In this document: one piece after another, positions 17,680-26,257 of the stretch
How positions within the stretch are numbered: the stretch's first letter is position 1
Layout: each line of letters begins with the position of its first letter
Source of the DNA: an uncultured Gemmatimonas sp.
Lineage (GTDB): Bacteria; Gemmatimonadota; Gemmatimonadetes; Gemmatimonadales; GWC2-71-9
Direction of reading: 5' to 3'
NCBI GenBank assembly: GCA_964649225.1
Contig: CAZYPO010000006.1
Location: 2,001 to 66,000, forward strand
Length of the DNA stretch: 64,000 bases
Made by a program: the position numbers and the translations under genes
The notes under the pieces: generated by a model
What the model was told of the DNA's origin: nothing
Database searches by the model: none
Seen by the model: only the letters and a program-made list of their open reading frames with translations

Positions 17680-18246
17680 TTGCCGCCTAACCCGCGCCAC
17701 CTGCCGGCGCGCCACGTCGCCCTGATCCGCGGGATCAACATCGGTCGGGCCAAGCGCGTCGCCATGGCCGACCTGCGCGTCCTGATGACCGAACTGGGCT
17801 ACCGGGATGTGCGCACCCTACTCAATAGCGGCAACATCGTCTTTACGGCCCCGCCCAGGGCTGGCGGCGACGCCGCGGCGCGGATCGAAGTGGCGCTCGC
17901 CAGCCGGCTGGGCCTCTCGGCACGCGTGACGGTGCTGACCGCGGCCGATCTGGCCGCGGCGGTCGCCGATAACCCGCTCGGTGCGATTGCCGACAATCCG
18001 AGCCGGCTGCAGGTATTCGTGTTGAGCAATCCGGCTGACCGTGCAAAATTGAGACCGTTGACGGAGCAAACGTGGGCTCCCGAAGCCTTGGCGCTCGGAA
18101 GCCGGGTCGCATATCTCTGGTGCCCACTGGGCATCATCGAGAGCCGTCTGGCCGCGGTCGTCGGCCGGATCCTCGGCGACGCCGTCACCGCCCGGAACTG
18201 GAATACCGTGATGAAGCTTAACGCCCTTGCCGGAGCTGGTCGATGA
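17680..18246 (+). CDS. DUF1697 domain protein
   Basis: HVALIRGINIGRAKRVAMADLRVLMTELGYRDVRTLLNSGNIVF is the DUF1697 signature. TTG 17680 is taken as the start because the track start at 17290 overlaps the lipoprotein gene. Confidence 0.8.
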   Translation: MPPNPRHLPARHVALIRGINIGRAKRVAMADLRVLMTELGYRDVRTLLNSGNIVFTAPPRAGGDAAARIEVALASRLGLSARVTVLTAADLAAAVADNPLGAIADNPSRLQVFVLSNPADRAKLRPLTEQTWAPEALALGSRVAYLWCPLGIIESRLAAVVGRILGDAVTARNWNTVMKLNALAGAGR

Positions 18247-18512
18247 ACATTGGCGTTGTTATTGTGCTTGTTGGGCTCCTCAGTCTGCAGGCGAAGGAAC
18301 TCGTCGCCCAGTCTCCGTCGGAGTACGTCAAGAGCATGCGTCCCGGCCAACCGATTTCACCACAACCGTTGGCGACGGGAGGATTCTTTCGACCTGGGTC
18401 CGGGCCAAGCCGTAAACCTCAAGAAGCCGCCAGCAAGGAGCTAGCACGTTCTGAGAGGCGACCGGGGAGAAGGTGGCGCGATGCCGGTGGGGAAGACATC
18501 TTCTCGCGATGA
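18243..18512 (+). CDS. hypothetical small secreted protein (weak)
   Basis: 89 aa. ATGA overlap with the DUF1697 stop and a hydrophobic N-terminus, but the rest is low-complexity. Confidence 0.3.
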   Translation: MNIGVVIVLVGLLSLQAKELVAQSPSEYVKSMRPGQPISPQPLATGGFFRPGSGPSRKPQEAASKELARSERRPGRRWRDAGGEDIFSR

Positions 18513-18678
18513 GCCGCGCCTTCATCCGGGAAGATGCTGACGAACAGCGCCCCTATGGAGCGAGTCGCTGCTGCGCGGCTATGTCGAGGAATTCCTGCAT
18601 GGGCCCGCGACAAACAGGATGAGCGGCTGGAGCAGGTTGCCGTGAGATATCTGACCAAAGCCTCGAGAGGATGAGCGC

Positions 18679-19059
18679 ATGAAATCCTTACTGCTGTCGA
18701 TTGTGGGGGGCGTTTTCGCATTCACCGCCACGGTCGCCGCGCAGTCGATAGCCGGCGAATGGGATGCCACGCTGCAGACGCCGGGCGGTGTCCGGACTGT
18801 CAAAATGGTGTTCCAGGTAAATGGCGACACGCTTACAGGTACTGTCAAACGCCCGGCGGGTGACGTGCCCCTGGTGGGAACGATCAAGGGAAATGCGGTG
18901 AAGTTCAGCTACACGATAAACTATGAGGGCAACCCTCTGGTGCTGACGGTCACAGCGACCGTCGCCGGCGATTCCATGAAGGGGATGGTGGACTTCGGCG
19001 GGATGGCGGAAGACGAGTTCGCGGCGACGCGGGTGAGCGGAGCGCCTCGTTCGCCGTGA
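18679..19059 (+). CDS. secreted hypothetical protein (beta-rich, lipocalin-like pattern)
   Basis: 126 aa. Signal peptide ...ATVAAQS, then GEWDATLQTPGGVRTVKMVFQVNGDTLTGTV. Confidence 0.7.
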   Translation: MKSLLLSIVGGVFAFTATVAAQSIAGEWDATLQTPGGVRTVKMVFQVNGDTLTGTVKRPAGDVPLVGTIKGNAVKFSYTINYEGNPLVLTVTATVAGDSMKGMVDFGGMAEDEFAATRVSGAPRSP

Positions 19060-19505
19060 GCAAGAAGGGCGTCATTGCCACCGACCGTCGTGGTCTGATT
19101 CCCGCCACGGCAGCCCAACTTCAGGCGGAACTCGAGAGCCGCACCGCGTTCGCGGAGGCCGCTGTTCGCTACAGCCTGCGTTGGGTTTGGGAGCATCCGC
19201 CTGACCCTTCAGGGATGGTCGAGCTCGGCTACGGTATTGTTCCCGACCACCAGCGCCAAGGTTTCGCGAGCGAGGCCATCCTGGGGTGGGTCGAGTTCGC
19301 TTTTGCCCCTCCGACCGTGCAGACCGTGGTGGGCCAAACGCTGCCTCAGCTCACGCCCTCAGTCGGCGTGCTGCGGAAGGCGGGGTTTCGTTTTGCCGGC
19401 AACGGGCACGATCCGCACGCGCCGGAAGGGGAGCGGGTTATTCGGTATGAGTTGTCGTGCCAGGAGTTCGGGGGCAGGGGGCTAATACCACAAAGGGTGC
19501 AGTGA
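19056..19505 (+). CDS. GNAT family N-acetyltransferase (RimJ/RimL-like), apparently shortened
   Basis: 149 aa. The GNAT core is present (VELGYGIVPDHQRQGFASEAILGWVEFAF...VLRKAGFRFAG), but the segment between the N-terminal helix and the core seems about 30-40 aa shorter than usual. Confidence 0.7.
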   Translation: MSKKGVIATDRRGLIPATAAQLQAELESRTAFAEAAVRYSLRWVWEHPPDPSGMVELGYGIVPDHQRQGFASEAILGWVEFAFAPPTVQTVVGQTLPQLTPSVGVLRKAGFRFAGNGHDPHAPEGERVIRYELSCQEFGGRGLIPQRVQ

Positions 19506-19525
19506 CTTGTGGAGCCGGGTACCTG

Positions 19526-20209
19526 ATGCTGTTCCTCGCCTGCGTCAGCTCGACGGGGCAAACTCGAGGCGCGAAGCCCGAGGATATCGGGCTCGATCAC
19601 ATCATCCTCGCCATCGACAACCTGGCCCGCGGGATCGACGAGTTTGCCCGGTTAACCGGGGTCGAGCCGCAGCGTGGCGGCCAACACCCGGGGCGGGGAA
19701 CCGAGAATGCTCTCGTGAGCCTTGGCGGCGGGAGCTATCTCGAGATTCTGGCGCCCATCACTCCTCCGCCTGACTCCGCTTCGCGCTCGGCTGGTGCTCG
19801 CCCGACACTCAGTCCCGCCGGCTGGGCACTCCACACCCACGACCTTGCCGGGCTCGTCACGCGGCTCCGCGCCGCAGGATTCAGCGTCCTCGGCCCGGTT
19901 CCTGGTTCCCGCCGGAGGCCCGATGGCGCGATGCTGGAGTGGCAGACCGCGTTCGTCAGCGAGACGGGACTGGAGCTCGCTCCTTTCTTCATCCAGTGGG
20001 CTGAAACTACCCCGCATCCGAGCATCACTGCTCCCGCCGGCTGCCGTCTGGTTGCCCTCGAACTGGAACATCCTGAGCCACAACCCCTGATCCAGTTTTT
20101 TCTTGCCGCGGGTTTTGCAGCCTCGGTTCGAGCAGATTCCGTGGCTGCCCTTCGGGTGATCCTCGAGTGTCCACGAGGGCAGATTTCATTCTCATCGGCA
20201 CCGAGCTGA
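19526..20209 (+). CDS. VOC family / glyoxalase-like domain protein
   Basis: LDHIILAIDNLARGIDEFARLTGVEPQRGGQHPGRGTENALVSLGGGSYLEILAP. ATG 19526 begins a signal-like MLFLACVSS. Confidence 0.8.
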   Translation: MLFLACVSSTGQTRGAKPEDIGLDHIILAIDNLARGIDEFARLTGVEPQRGGQHPGRGTENALVSLGGGSYLEILAPITPPPDSASRSAGARPTLSPAGWALHTHDLAGLVTRLRAAGFSVLGPVPGSRRRPDGAMLEWQTAFVSETGLELAPFFIQWAETTPHPSITAPAGCRLVALELEHPEPQPLIQFFLAAGFAASVRADSVAALRVILECPRGQISFSSAPS

Positions 20210-20230
20210 TGCGAAGCGCCGGGTGGGGTC

Positions 20231-20815
20231 GTGTCGCGGAGCGGCTCTGCTGAGATGAACGCTCACCACGCCGTGCTCGGCCTCGGTCTCCTGTGCGCAA
20301 GTGGATGCGGGATCGGCTCGGTCTCACCGATCCTCCTCGCTCCCGATCAACAGTTTGATCCGCGCCTGGTGGGAAGCTGGAGCGGCGGTGCGGACCACGA
20401 GTCCGCCTTGATCAGCGGCGACGCCTCGAAGGGGTACACGATAGTGTACACCGACGCGGACGGCAAAGGCGGCCGATTCGAGGGGCGCTTGGGCAGGCTC
20501 GGCGGCTATCGCGTGCTCGATGTCCGTCCCGCCGAGCTGCAGCTCGACGCGAACGACGCCTACAAGAGCCTGTTGCTTCCATTGCATGCCGCCGTATTCA
20601 TCGACAGCCTCGGCAGCACGGTTCAATTCCGATTGCTCGACCCCGACTCATTGAAGCAGTATCTCGAACGCGCCCCGGACGCCGTGGCCCACGCCATCGT
20701 CGACGACGCCATCGTGCTCACCGCCCCCACAGCGGCGCTGCGGCGTTTCCTGGTCGATTATGTACGTCGTAAGGGAGTTCTAGGGGACTCGATCACGTGG
20801 GTGCGAGTGCAATGA
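20231..20815 (+). CDS. hypothetical lipoprotein
   Basis: 194 aa. Lipobox LLCASGCG. No family recognised. Confidence 0.6.
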   Translation: MSRSGSAEMNAHHAVLGLGLLCASGCGIGSVSPILLAPDQQFDPRLVGSWSGGADHESALISGDASKGYTIVYTDADGKGGRFEGRLGRLGGYRVLDVRPAELQLDANDAYKSLLLPLHAAVFIDSLGSTVQFRLLDPDSLKQYLERAPDAVAHAIVDDAIVLTAPTAALRRFLVDYVRRKGVLGDSITWVRVQ

Positions 20816-21377
20816 TGCTCACCGCCTTCTACCTCATCGCCGCCACGTTGTTTGCCAGGCGGCCGCTGCATGCTTCCACCCGCCCCGAGGTCCCCGCTTC
20901 GAGACAAACCGTCGGTGCTCGCCCGGACGACGTCGGGTCGTTCGAGGCGATTCTCGCGGCGCTGTACGACGTCATTTCAGGGCCGGCGGGACAGCACCGC
21001 GACTGGAATCGGATGCGCACCTGTTCGCGCCCGGTGCCCGGCTCATTCCCGCCGTCTATCGGGCTGACAGCGTCCCCAGCCTGCGAATTTGGGATGTCGA
21101 GCAGTACATCACGCTGGTTGGCCCCCGACTCGAATCCGGAGGATTCTTCGAGCGAGAGATCGCGCACCGCACCGAACGATATGGCGGAGTTGTGCACGTC
21201 TTCAGCACTTACGAAAGTCGGCGGGCGCTCTCCGATCCGGCTCCCTTTGCCAGAGGGATCAACAGCATTCAGCTCTGGTTCGACGGTCGTCGCTGGTGGA
21301 TCGTCACGATCTACTGGGAAGGGGAGCGTCCCGATAATCCGATCCCTGCCTCCTACCTGAAGAACCCGAGCGATTGA
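20797..21377 (+). pseudogene. NTF2-like/DUF4440-type protein split by a -1 frameshift near 21019-21021
   Basis: The N-terminal half is in frame 1 (...FEAILAALYDVISGPAGQHRDWNRMR). The C-terminal half is in frame 0 (LFAPGARLIPAVYR...FFEREIAHRTERYGGVVHVFSTYESRR...GINSIQLWFDGRRWWIVTIYWE). The two halves together form one domain. Confidence 0.75.
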
Positions 21378-21386
21378 GGGCTGGTC

Positions 21387-22208
21387 GTGCCCCTGCCACC
21401 CCCGCGACTGATCGGGTTGCCGTACGACGCCAGTTCCTCCTACCTCCGCGGTCCGGCGGAGGCTCCCCCTTTGATTCGCGAAGCCCTCTATTCCGCCGCG
21501 GGCAATAGCTGGACCGAGCATCTCTGCGACCTTTCGGATTCCGGCGGCCTCACGGATGCTGGCGACCTGCCGCTTCAGGCGAGCGCCGCGGCGCGGTCTC
21601 AGATCGAGGCCGGAATCGCGGACCTCCTGGGGCGAGCGCGTCCGCTTGCCCTGGGTGGCGACCATTCCGTGACCTATCCGATTCTCCGGGCTGTCCATCA
21701 GGTGTATCCCAGACTAACCATTCTGCACCTGGATGCGCACCCCGACCTTTAGGACGAGTTTGAAGGCGATCGCTTTTCCCATGCCTGCCCATTTGCGAGG
21801 ATCATGGAGGAGGGGCTCGCCGGGCGCTTGGTACAGGTGGGGATTCGCACCATGAACGGTCACCAGCGCGAGCAGGCGACTCGATTCGGAGTGGAGGTCA
21901 TCGACATGCGCGCCTGGTCCGCCGGAGCGCGACCGACTATCGAGGGGCCGGTATACCTCTCGATCGATCTCGATTCTCTGGATCCCGCGTTTGCCCCCGG
22001 CGTGTCGCATTGGGAGCCGGGCGGCCTCACGGTTCGGGAGGTCGTGGGACTGGTGCAGGAGTGCGGGGGACTGGTCATCGGAGCCGACATCGTCGAATTC
22101 AACCCGCGCCGGGATCGCTCCGGCATGACCGCGGCAGTCGCCGCCAAGCTGGTCAAGGAGCTCGCGAGCCGAATGCTGGTCTCAATGCGGCACACGGGAG
22201 TGAGCTGA
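21387..22208 (+). pseudogene. agmatinase/arginase-family ureohydrolase interrupted by in-frame TAG (21750-21752)
   Basis: Track ORFs 21387..21752 and 21804..22208 are in the same frame. The read-through sequence is HLDAHPDL*DEFEGDRFSHACPFARIMEEG, then SIDLDSLDPAFAPG and EFNPRRD, i.e. the ureohydrolase metal-binding blocks. Confidence 0.85.
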
Positions 22209-22212
22209 CCGG

Positions 22213-22668
22213 ATGTTCGGGCGTGCCCTGCTTGCGTTCCTGATCCTGCCGGGCACCGTGGCCTTCCTGGTTCCGCTGTTGCTGGCGCGCTCCGATGGCC
22301 GCTCCTTCAACGTGCTGGGAAGCATCCCGCTCACGATCGGTGTGGCTGCCCTGCTCTGGTGCGTGCGGGACTTCTACGTCGCCGGGAGGGGCACGCTGGC
22401 ACCCTGGGCTCCACCCCGAAATCTGGTGGCCGTCGGTCTCTACCGGTTCTCGCGAAACCCGATGTATGTCGCTGTCTTCCTGATTCTTTGCGGCTGGGCC
22501 CTGGGGTTCCGGTCCCGCGCCCTCGGGATTTATGCCGGGGCGGTACTGGTCGGGTTCCATCTGCGGGTAGTCCTCTTCGAGGAACCGTGGCTGGTTCGGA
22601 CGCACGGGGAAGCCTGGAAGCGCTATCGCGCCCGGGTACCGCGCTGGTTGTTCAAGCTTCGATGGTGA
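22213..22668 (+). CDS. isoprenylcysteine carboxyl methyltransferase (ICMT)/phospholipid methyltransferase family membrane protein
   Basis: 151 aa. TM-rich, with motif GLYRFSRNPMYVAVFLILCGWAL. Confidence 0.8.
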   Translation: MFGRALLAFLILPGTVAFLVPLLLARSDGRSFNVLGSIPLTIGVAALLWCVRDFYVAGRGTLAPWAPPRNLVAVGLYRFSRNPMYVAVFLILCGWALGFRSRALGIYAGAVLVGFHLRVVLFEEPWLVRTHGEAWKRYRARVPRWLFKLRW

Positions 22669-23462
22669 TCGCCGTTACCCGGCCCGTCAGCCCCACGCTC
22701 GCGCACTGCGAGCTCACGCATCTTGCGCGCGAGCCTATCGATGCCGCGCGCGCCGCCGCCCAGCACGCCACGTACGAGCGGCTGCTCGGCGCGCTCGGCG
22801 CGACCGTGGTTCGCGTCGCCCCGGCACCCGAGCTCCCGGATGCGGTCTTCGTCGAGGATACGGCCGTCGTGCTGGACGAAGTGGCCATCCTCACACGACC
22901 CGGCGCACCGACCCGGCAGGGCGAATTGCCGGGTGTGGCCGCGGTGCTCGCCCGATACCGGCAGGTCCTCTCCCTGAGCCCTCCCGCAACGCTCGACGGC
23001 GGCGACGTACTGCGACTCGGCCGCACCCTCTATGTGGGGCGCTCGCGCCGTACGAATCAGAAGGGAATCGAGCAGCTCAAAAGCTTCATGGCACCGTTCG
23101 ACTACGATGTGGTTCCAGTCGCATTCAGCGGGTGCCTTCATTTGAAGAGCGCGGTCACGGCGGTGGGCGATGGGCTGCTGCTGCTGAACCCGGTCTGGGT
23201 GTCGGCAACCGCCTTTTCCGCGTGCGACACCCTTCCGATTGATGCGAGAGAGCCCTACGCCGCCAATGCCCTTCGGGTAGCCAATTCGGTGGTGTATCCG
23301 GCGCAGTGCCCCCGGACCCACGAGCTGCTGGTTCGCCGCGGTCTCGAGGTTGTGCCGATTGATTGCAGCGAGCTCGCGAAGGCCGAGGGGGCGGTCACCT
23401 GTTGCAGTCTCATCTTCGAGGGTGCCACTCCGGGTCTACAGGATGTGGGTCGGGGTCGATGA
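22662..23462 (+). CDS. dimethylarginine dimethylaminohydrolase (DDAH)-family amidinotransferase-fold hydrolase
   Basis: Starts at ATG 22662 (MVIAVTRPVSPTLAHCELTH...). Contains DAVFVEDTAVVL, GCLHLKSAVT and the C-terminal catalytic-Cys block GAVTCCSLIF. Confidence 0.85.
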   Translation: MVIAVTRPVSPTLAHCELTHLAREPIDAARAAAQHATYERLLGALGATVVRVAPAPELPDAVFVEDTAVVLDEVAILTRPGAPTRQGELPGVAAVLARYRQVLSLSPPATLDGGDVLRLGRTLYVGRSRRTNQKGIEQLKSFMAPFDYDVVPVAFSGCLHLKSAVTAVGDGLLLLNPVWVSATAFSACDTLPIDAREPYAANALRVANSVVYPAQCPRTHELLVRRGLEVVPIDCSELAKAEGAVTCCSLIFEGATPGLQDVGRGR

Positions 23463-24121
23463 CTGAGCTCCAGGATCAATTCGGCGAGATCGACATCTAT
23501 CTCTTCGATCAGCTACTGCGGGGCCGGATCAGCCCCGGCATGCGCGTCATCGACGCCGGTTGCGGCTCGGGGAGAAACTTGGTCTATCTCCTCCGCGCCG
23601 GGTACGAAGTGTTCGGCGCCGATTCGGATCGCATCTCGATCGAGTCGGTTCGGCGGGTCGCCGCGGCGCTCGCTCCGAACCTGCCGGCGGATAATTTCCG
23701 GGTGGAACGGATCGAGCAGCTGAGCTTTCCGGACCACTTTGCGGAGGTCGTGCTCAGCAGTGCGGTGCTCCACTTCGCGCGGGACGACGAGCAGTTTGCG
23801 GCGATGCTGCGGGGTACCTGGAGGGTGCTCAAGCCCGGCGGTCTCCTGTTTGCCCGGTTGGCTTCTTCTATCGGCATGGAGCAGGAGGTCAGACGCATTG
23901 CGGGCCGGCGGCATCGGCTCCCCGACGGCACGGAGCGCTATCTGGTGGATGCGGCGATGCTCGGCGAGTTGACCAGGGATCTGGGTGGCGAGTTTCTCGA
24001 TCCCCTCAAGACCACCGTCGTGCAGCAACAGCGTTGCATGACGACTTGGGTCGTGCGCAAGCATGACCCGCCCGGAGCTCGACCCGGAATTGACCCGAGG
24101 GGCTCGAGCGAGCACCATTGA
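23459..24121 (+). CDS. class I SAM-dependent methyltransferase
   Basis: ATGA overlap with the DDAH stop. Motif I VIDAGCGSGRNLVYLLRAGYEVFGADSD. Confidence 0.85.
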   Translation: MTELQDQFGEIDIYLFDQLLRGRISPGMRVIDAGCGSGRNLVYLLRAGYEVFGADSDRISIESVRRVAAALAPNLPADNFRVERIEQLSFPDHFAEVVLSSAVLHFARDDEQFAAMLRGTWRVLKPGGLLFARLASSIGMEQEVRRIAGRRHRLPDGTERYLVDAAMLGELTRDLGGEFLDPLKTTVVQQQRCMTTWVVRKHDPPGARPGIDPRGSSEHH

Positions 24122-24145
24122 GGCGTTCACCTCCCGGAATCCGCC

Positions 24146-24382
24146 ATGGGCAAACGACTCCAAGTCTATGAGACGCCGGTAATCACCGTCACCTTCGAAC
24201 CGGCGTTGTGCATCCATTCCGGCAATTGTGTGCGTGGGTTGCCGGAGGTCTTCGACCTGCGCCGCAAGCGTTGGGTACGCCCGGAAGCGGCGTCGGCGGA
24301 AGCAGTGGCGGCGCAGGTGGCCCGCTGTCCTTCGGGGGCCCTCAAGACTTACCGGCCGGGTGAGCCGCTGCCGGAGCAATGA
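24146..24382 (+). CDS. small (4Fe-4S) mono-cluster-type binding protein (divergent ferredoxin-like)
   Basis: 78 aa. Cys pattern ...PALCIHSGNCVRGLPEVF...ARCPSGAL, recalled from the Fer4_19-type family. Confidence 0.65.
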   Translation: MGKRLQVYETPVITVTFEPALCIHSGNCVRGLPEVFDLRRKRWVRPEAASAEAVAAQVARCPSGALKTYRPGEPLPEQ

Positions 24383-24404
24383 TTCAGGAAAGGCGACACG
24401 ATTC

Positions 24405-24775
24405 GTGCAATATCAGATGAAGCAACGGCTGTTCTCCCGGGGTGACGATTTCGTCATCCGCGACGGCACCGGAAGGGATGCCTATCTTGTCGACGGCAAG
24501 GCCGTGAGCTGGTCAAGATGTCACTCTTCACGCTGTTCCATTGCACCTTCGCGGTCGATGTGCCCGGGCCTGACGATCTGCTCGCCGAGGGCGACTTCAC
24601 GGACCATGAATACGTTTTCCGGCGGGGGACTCGTCCAGTCGCCACGGTGTCAAAGCGCTGGCTGGCGTGGGCCGACAGGTACGGGGTCGAGATCGAAAAC
24701 GACGAGGATGCGGTGCTTGTCCTGGCCAGCACCGTCGTGATCGACATGGCGTGCCATCCTGACGGACGCCACTGA
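24405..24775 (+). pseudogene. LURP-one-related (tubby C-terminal-like) protein with internal deletion plus frame change near 24500-24512
   Basis: The N-terminus is in frame 0 (VQYQMKQRLFSRGDDFVIRDGTGRDAYLVDGKA). The C-terminus is in frame 2 (ELVKMSLFTLFHCTFAVDVPGPDDLLAEGDFTDHEYVFRRG...VSKRWLAWADRYGVEIENDEDAVLVLASTVVIDM). The 371-nt span is not a multiple of 3. Confidence 0.7.
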
Positions 24776-24789
24776 ACTAGGAGAGTCGA

Positions 24790-25230
24790 ATGCCACCGAA
24801 GCCGCTCGAGCGGTTGCGCCGTCTTTGCTTTGCCCTTCCTGAAGCCCACGAGGTGGAAGCGTGGGGCACGCCGACGTTCCGGGTCCGCAACAAACTGTTC
24901 GCCATGCACGCCTCGGCGGGCAACCATCATGGGGCCGGGCGCGAAGCCGTCTGGTGCAAGGCGGGGCCGGGAAATCAGGCCCTCATGGTCGAGGCGGCTC
25001 CCGACCGCTTCTTCGTGCCTCCTTACGTGGGGCCGGGAGGCTGGATCGGGGTCTATCTCGACCAGAGCACAGACTGGGCGGAGCTGGCGGAGCTGCTCGA
25101 CGACGCCTATCGCCTGACGGCTCCCAAGCGGCTCCTGGTTCCTTCGAAGGGTCCGCCCTCCAGTCGGGCGCGCTCCCGGCGACCAGCCCCGCGGCGGCCC
25201 GGCCCTTCCCGGGGAAGGCTTTCGAAATGA
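24790..25230 (+). CDS. MmcQ/YjbR family DNA-binding protein
   Basis: 146 aa. LERLRRLCFALPEAHEVEAWGTPTFRVRNKLFAM...GWIGVYLD. Confidence 0.8.
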   Translation: MPPKPLERLRRLCFALPEAHEVEAWGTPTFRVRNKLFAMHASAGNHHGAGREAVWCKAGPGNQALMVEAAPDRFFVPPYVGPGGWIGVYLDQSTDWAELAELLDDAYRLTAPKRLLVPSKGPPSSRARSRRPAPRRPGPSRGRLSK

Positions 25231-25715
25231 CGGGCCGCGTTGCCAGCCTGAGCGTGAAGCCGGAAACAGCGGGGGCGGCCGGCCTCCCCAAACGAGTGGT
25301 TGCGTTGGTGCAGCTCACTACCACGGGGGCCAGTGGGGACTTCAACCGGTATCGCACCCGTGAACTGCATGGAGACCCCGAGTCGGCCGTTCTCCTCCTC
25401 ACTGAGGACATTCTGGTGAAGCTCAGGGGAGAGGGGTGGCCGGTCGCGGCCGGCGACTTGGGAGAAAACGTGCTGCTGGCCGGGATTCCTGCTGCGGCGC
25501 TCGCGCCGGGTCGGCAGGTCCGGCTTGGCGATGCCCGCGTCGAGGTGACCCGCGCCTGCGACCCCTGCACCGAGCTGTACCTGCTCCCGTACGTCGGCAC
25601 GAATCGTGGCCCCGAGTTCATCCGGACCATGCATGGCCGCCGGGGCTGGTATGCCCGGGTGCTCGAGGAGGGTCCGGTGGCCCAGGGCGATCCCGCGCAG
25701 GTGGTCACAGTCTAA
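25227..25715 (+). CDS. MOSC domain-containing protein
   Basis: Starts at ATG 25227, overlapping the upstream stop. GDLGENVLLAGI...RLGDARVEVTRACDPC...RRGWYARVLEEGPV. Confidence 0.85.
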   Translation: MTGRVASLSVKPETAGAAGLPKRVVALVQLTTTGASGDFNRYRTRELHGDPESAVLLLTEDILVKLRGEGWPVAAGDLGENVLLAGIPAAALAPGRQVRLGDARVEVTRACDPCTELYLLPYVGTNRGPEFIRTMHGRRGWYARVLEEGPVAQGDPAQVVTV

Positions 25716-25751
25716 CGCGCACCGGCCGCGAAGACGGAGGGGAGGATCACG

Positions 25752-26243
25752 ATGCAGGCAGCCGCCACGCAGGGAGTATTCCTCCTCAAGCAGTACGAAC
25801 CCTGGTTCAGAGACCTCGAGGATCAGCACCGTGCCCATGAGCCGACGCCGGGGGCCAAAACGGCCGGCTGGCTGCTAGGCCACCTCGTCGTCACGGGTGA
25901 CTTCGCCCGGCGTCTGTGCGGATTCCCGCCGATCGCCCCGAAGGAGTGGCGCCCGCTTTTCAGCCCCGGTACCTTGCCGAGCCTTGACGCCGGAAGCTAT
26001 CCGCCGATGAGCGCGCTGATCGAGAGCTTTCGCGCGGTGTACACGGATCTGGCCGCCAACGCTCCGGGCGCCTCGGCCGACGTGCTCGCCTTACCCAATC
26101 CGTTCGAGCCCGCCCGCGGGGCCTTTCCGACCGCGGGGGCGTTCGTCGAATACCTGCTCACCGGTCATCTTGGGTATCACCTGGGGCAGTTGTCGATCTG
26201 GCGTGCCGCCGCTGCGGCCACGCACCCGGAACTGCGGACCTAA
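25752..26243 (+). CDS. DinB family protein
   Basis: 163 aa. GGAGGGGAGG SD. DinB-like helical bundle with spaced His residues (GHLVVTGDF...HLGYHLGQ). Confidence 0.8.
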   Translation: MQAAATQGVFLLKQYEPWFRDLEDQHRAHEPTPGAKTAGWLLGHLVVTGDFARRLCGFPPIAPKEWRPLFSPGTLPSLDAGSYPPMSALIESFRAVYTDLAANAPGASADVLALPNPFEPARGAFPTAGAFVEYLLTGHLGYHLGQLSIWRAAAAATHPELRT

Positions 26244-26257
26244 CCCGCGCACATTCA

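Noticed and set aside
18509-18622. 37-codon ORF starting MSRAFIREDADEQ (GreA/GreB-like regulator N-terminus), ATGA-coupled to the preceding ORF
   Set aside because: Only the first ~13 residues resemble that family, and no frame continues the similarity. It is too short to support.
21750-21752. TAG recoding (pyrrolysine, readthrough or reassigned stop) as the explanation for the in-frame stop in the ureohydrolase
   Set aside because: TAG terminates other confident genes in the window (mnmG, 38704-38706, 38938-38940). The position corresponds to a conserved Tyr one substitution away. No pyl-type genes were seen.
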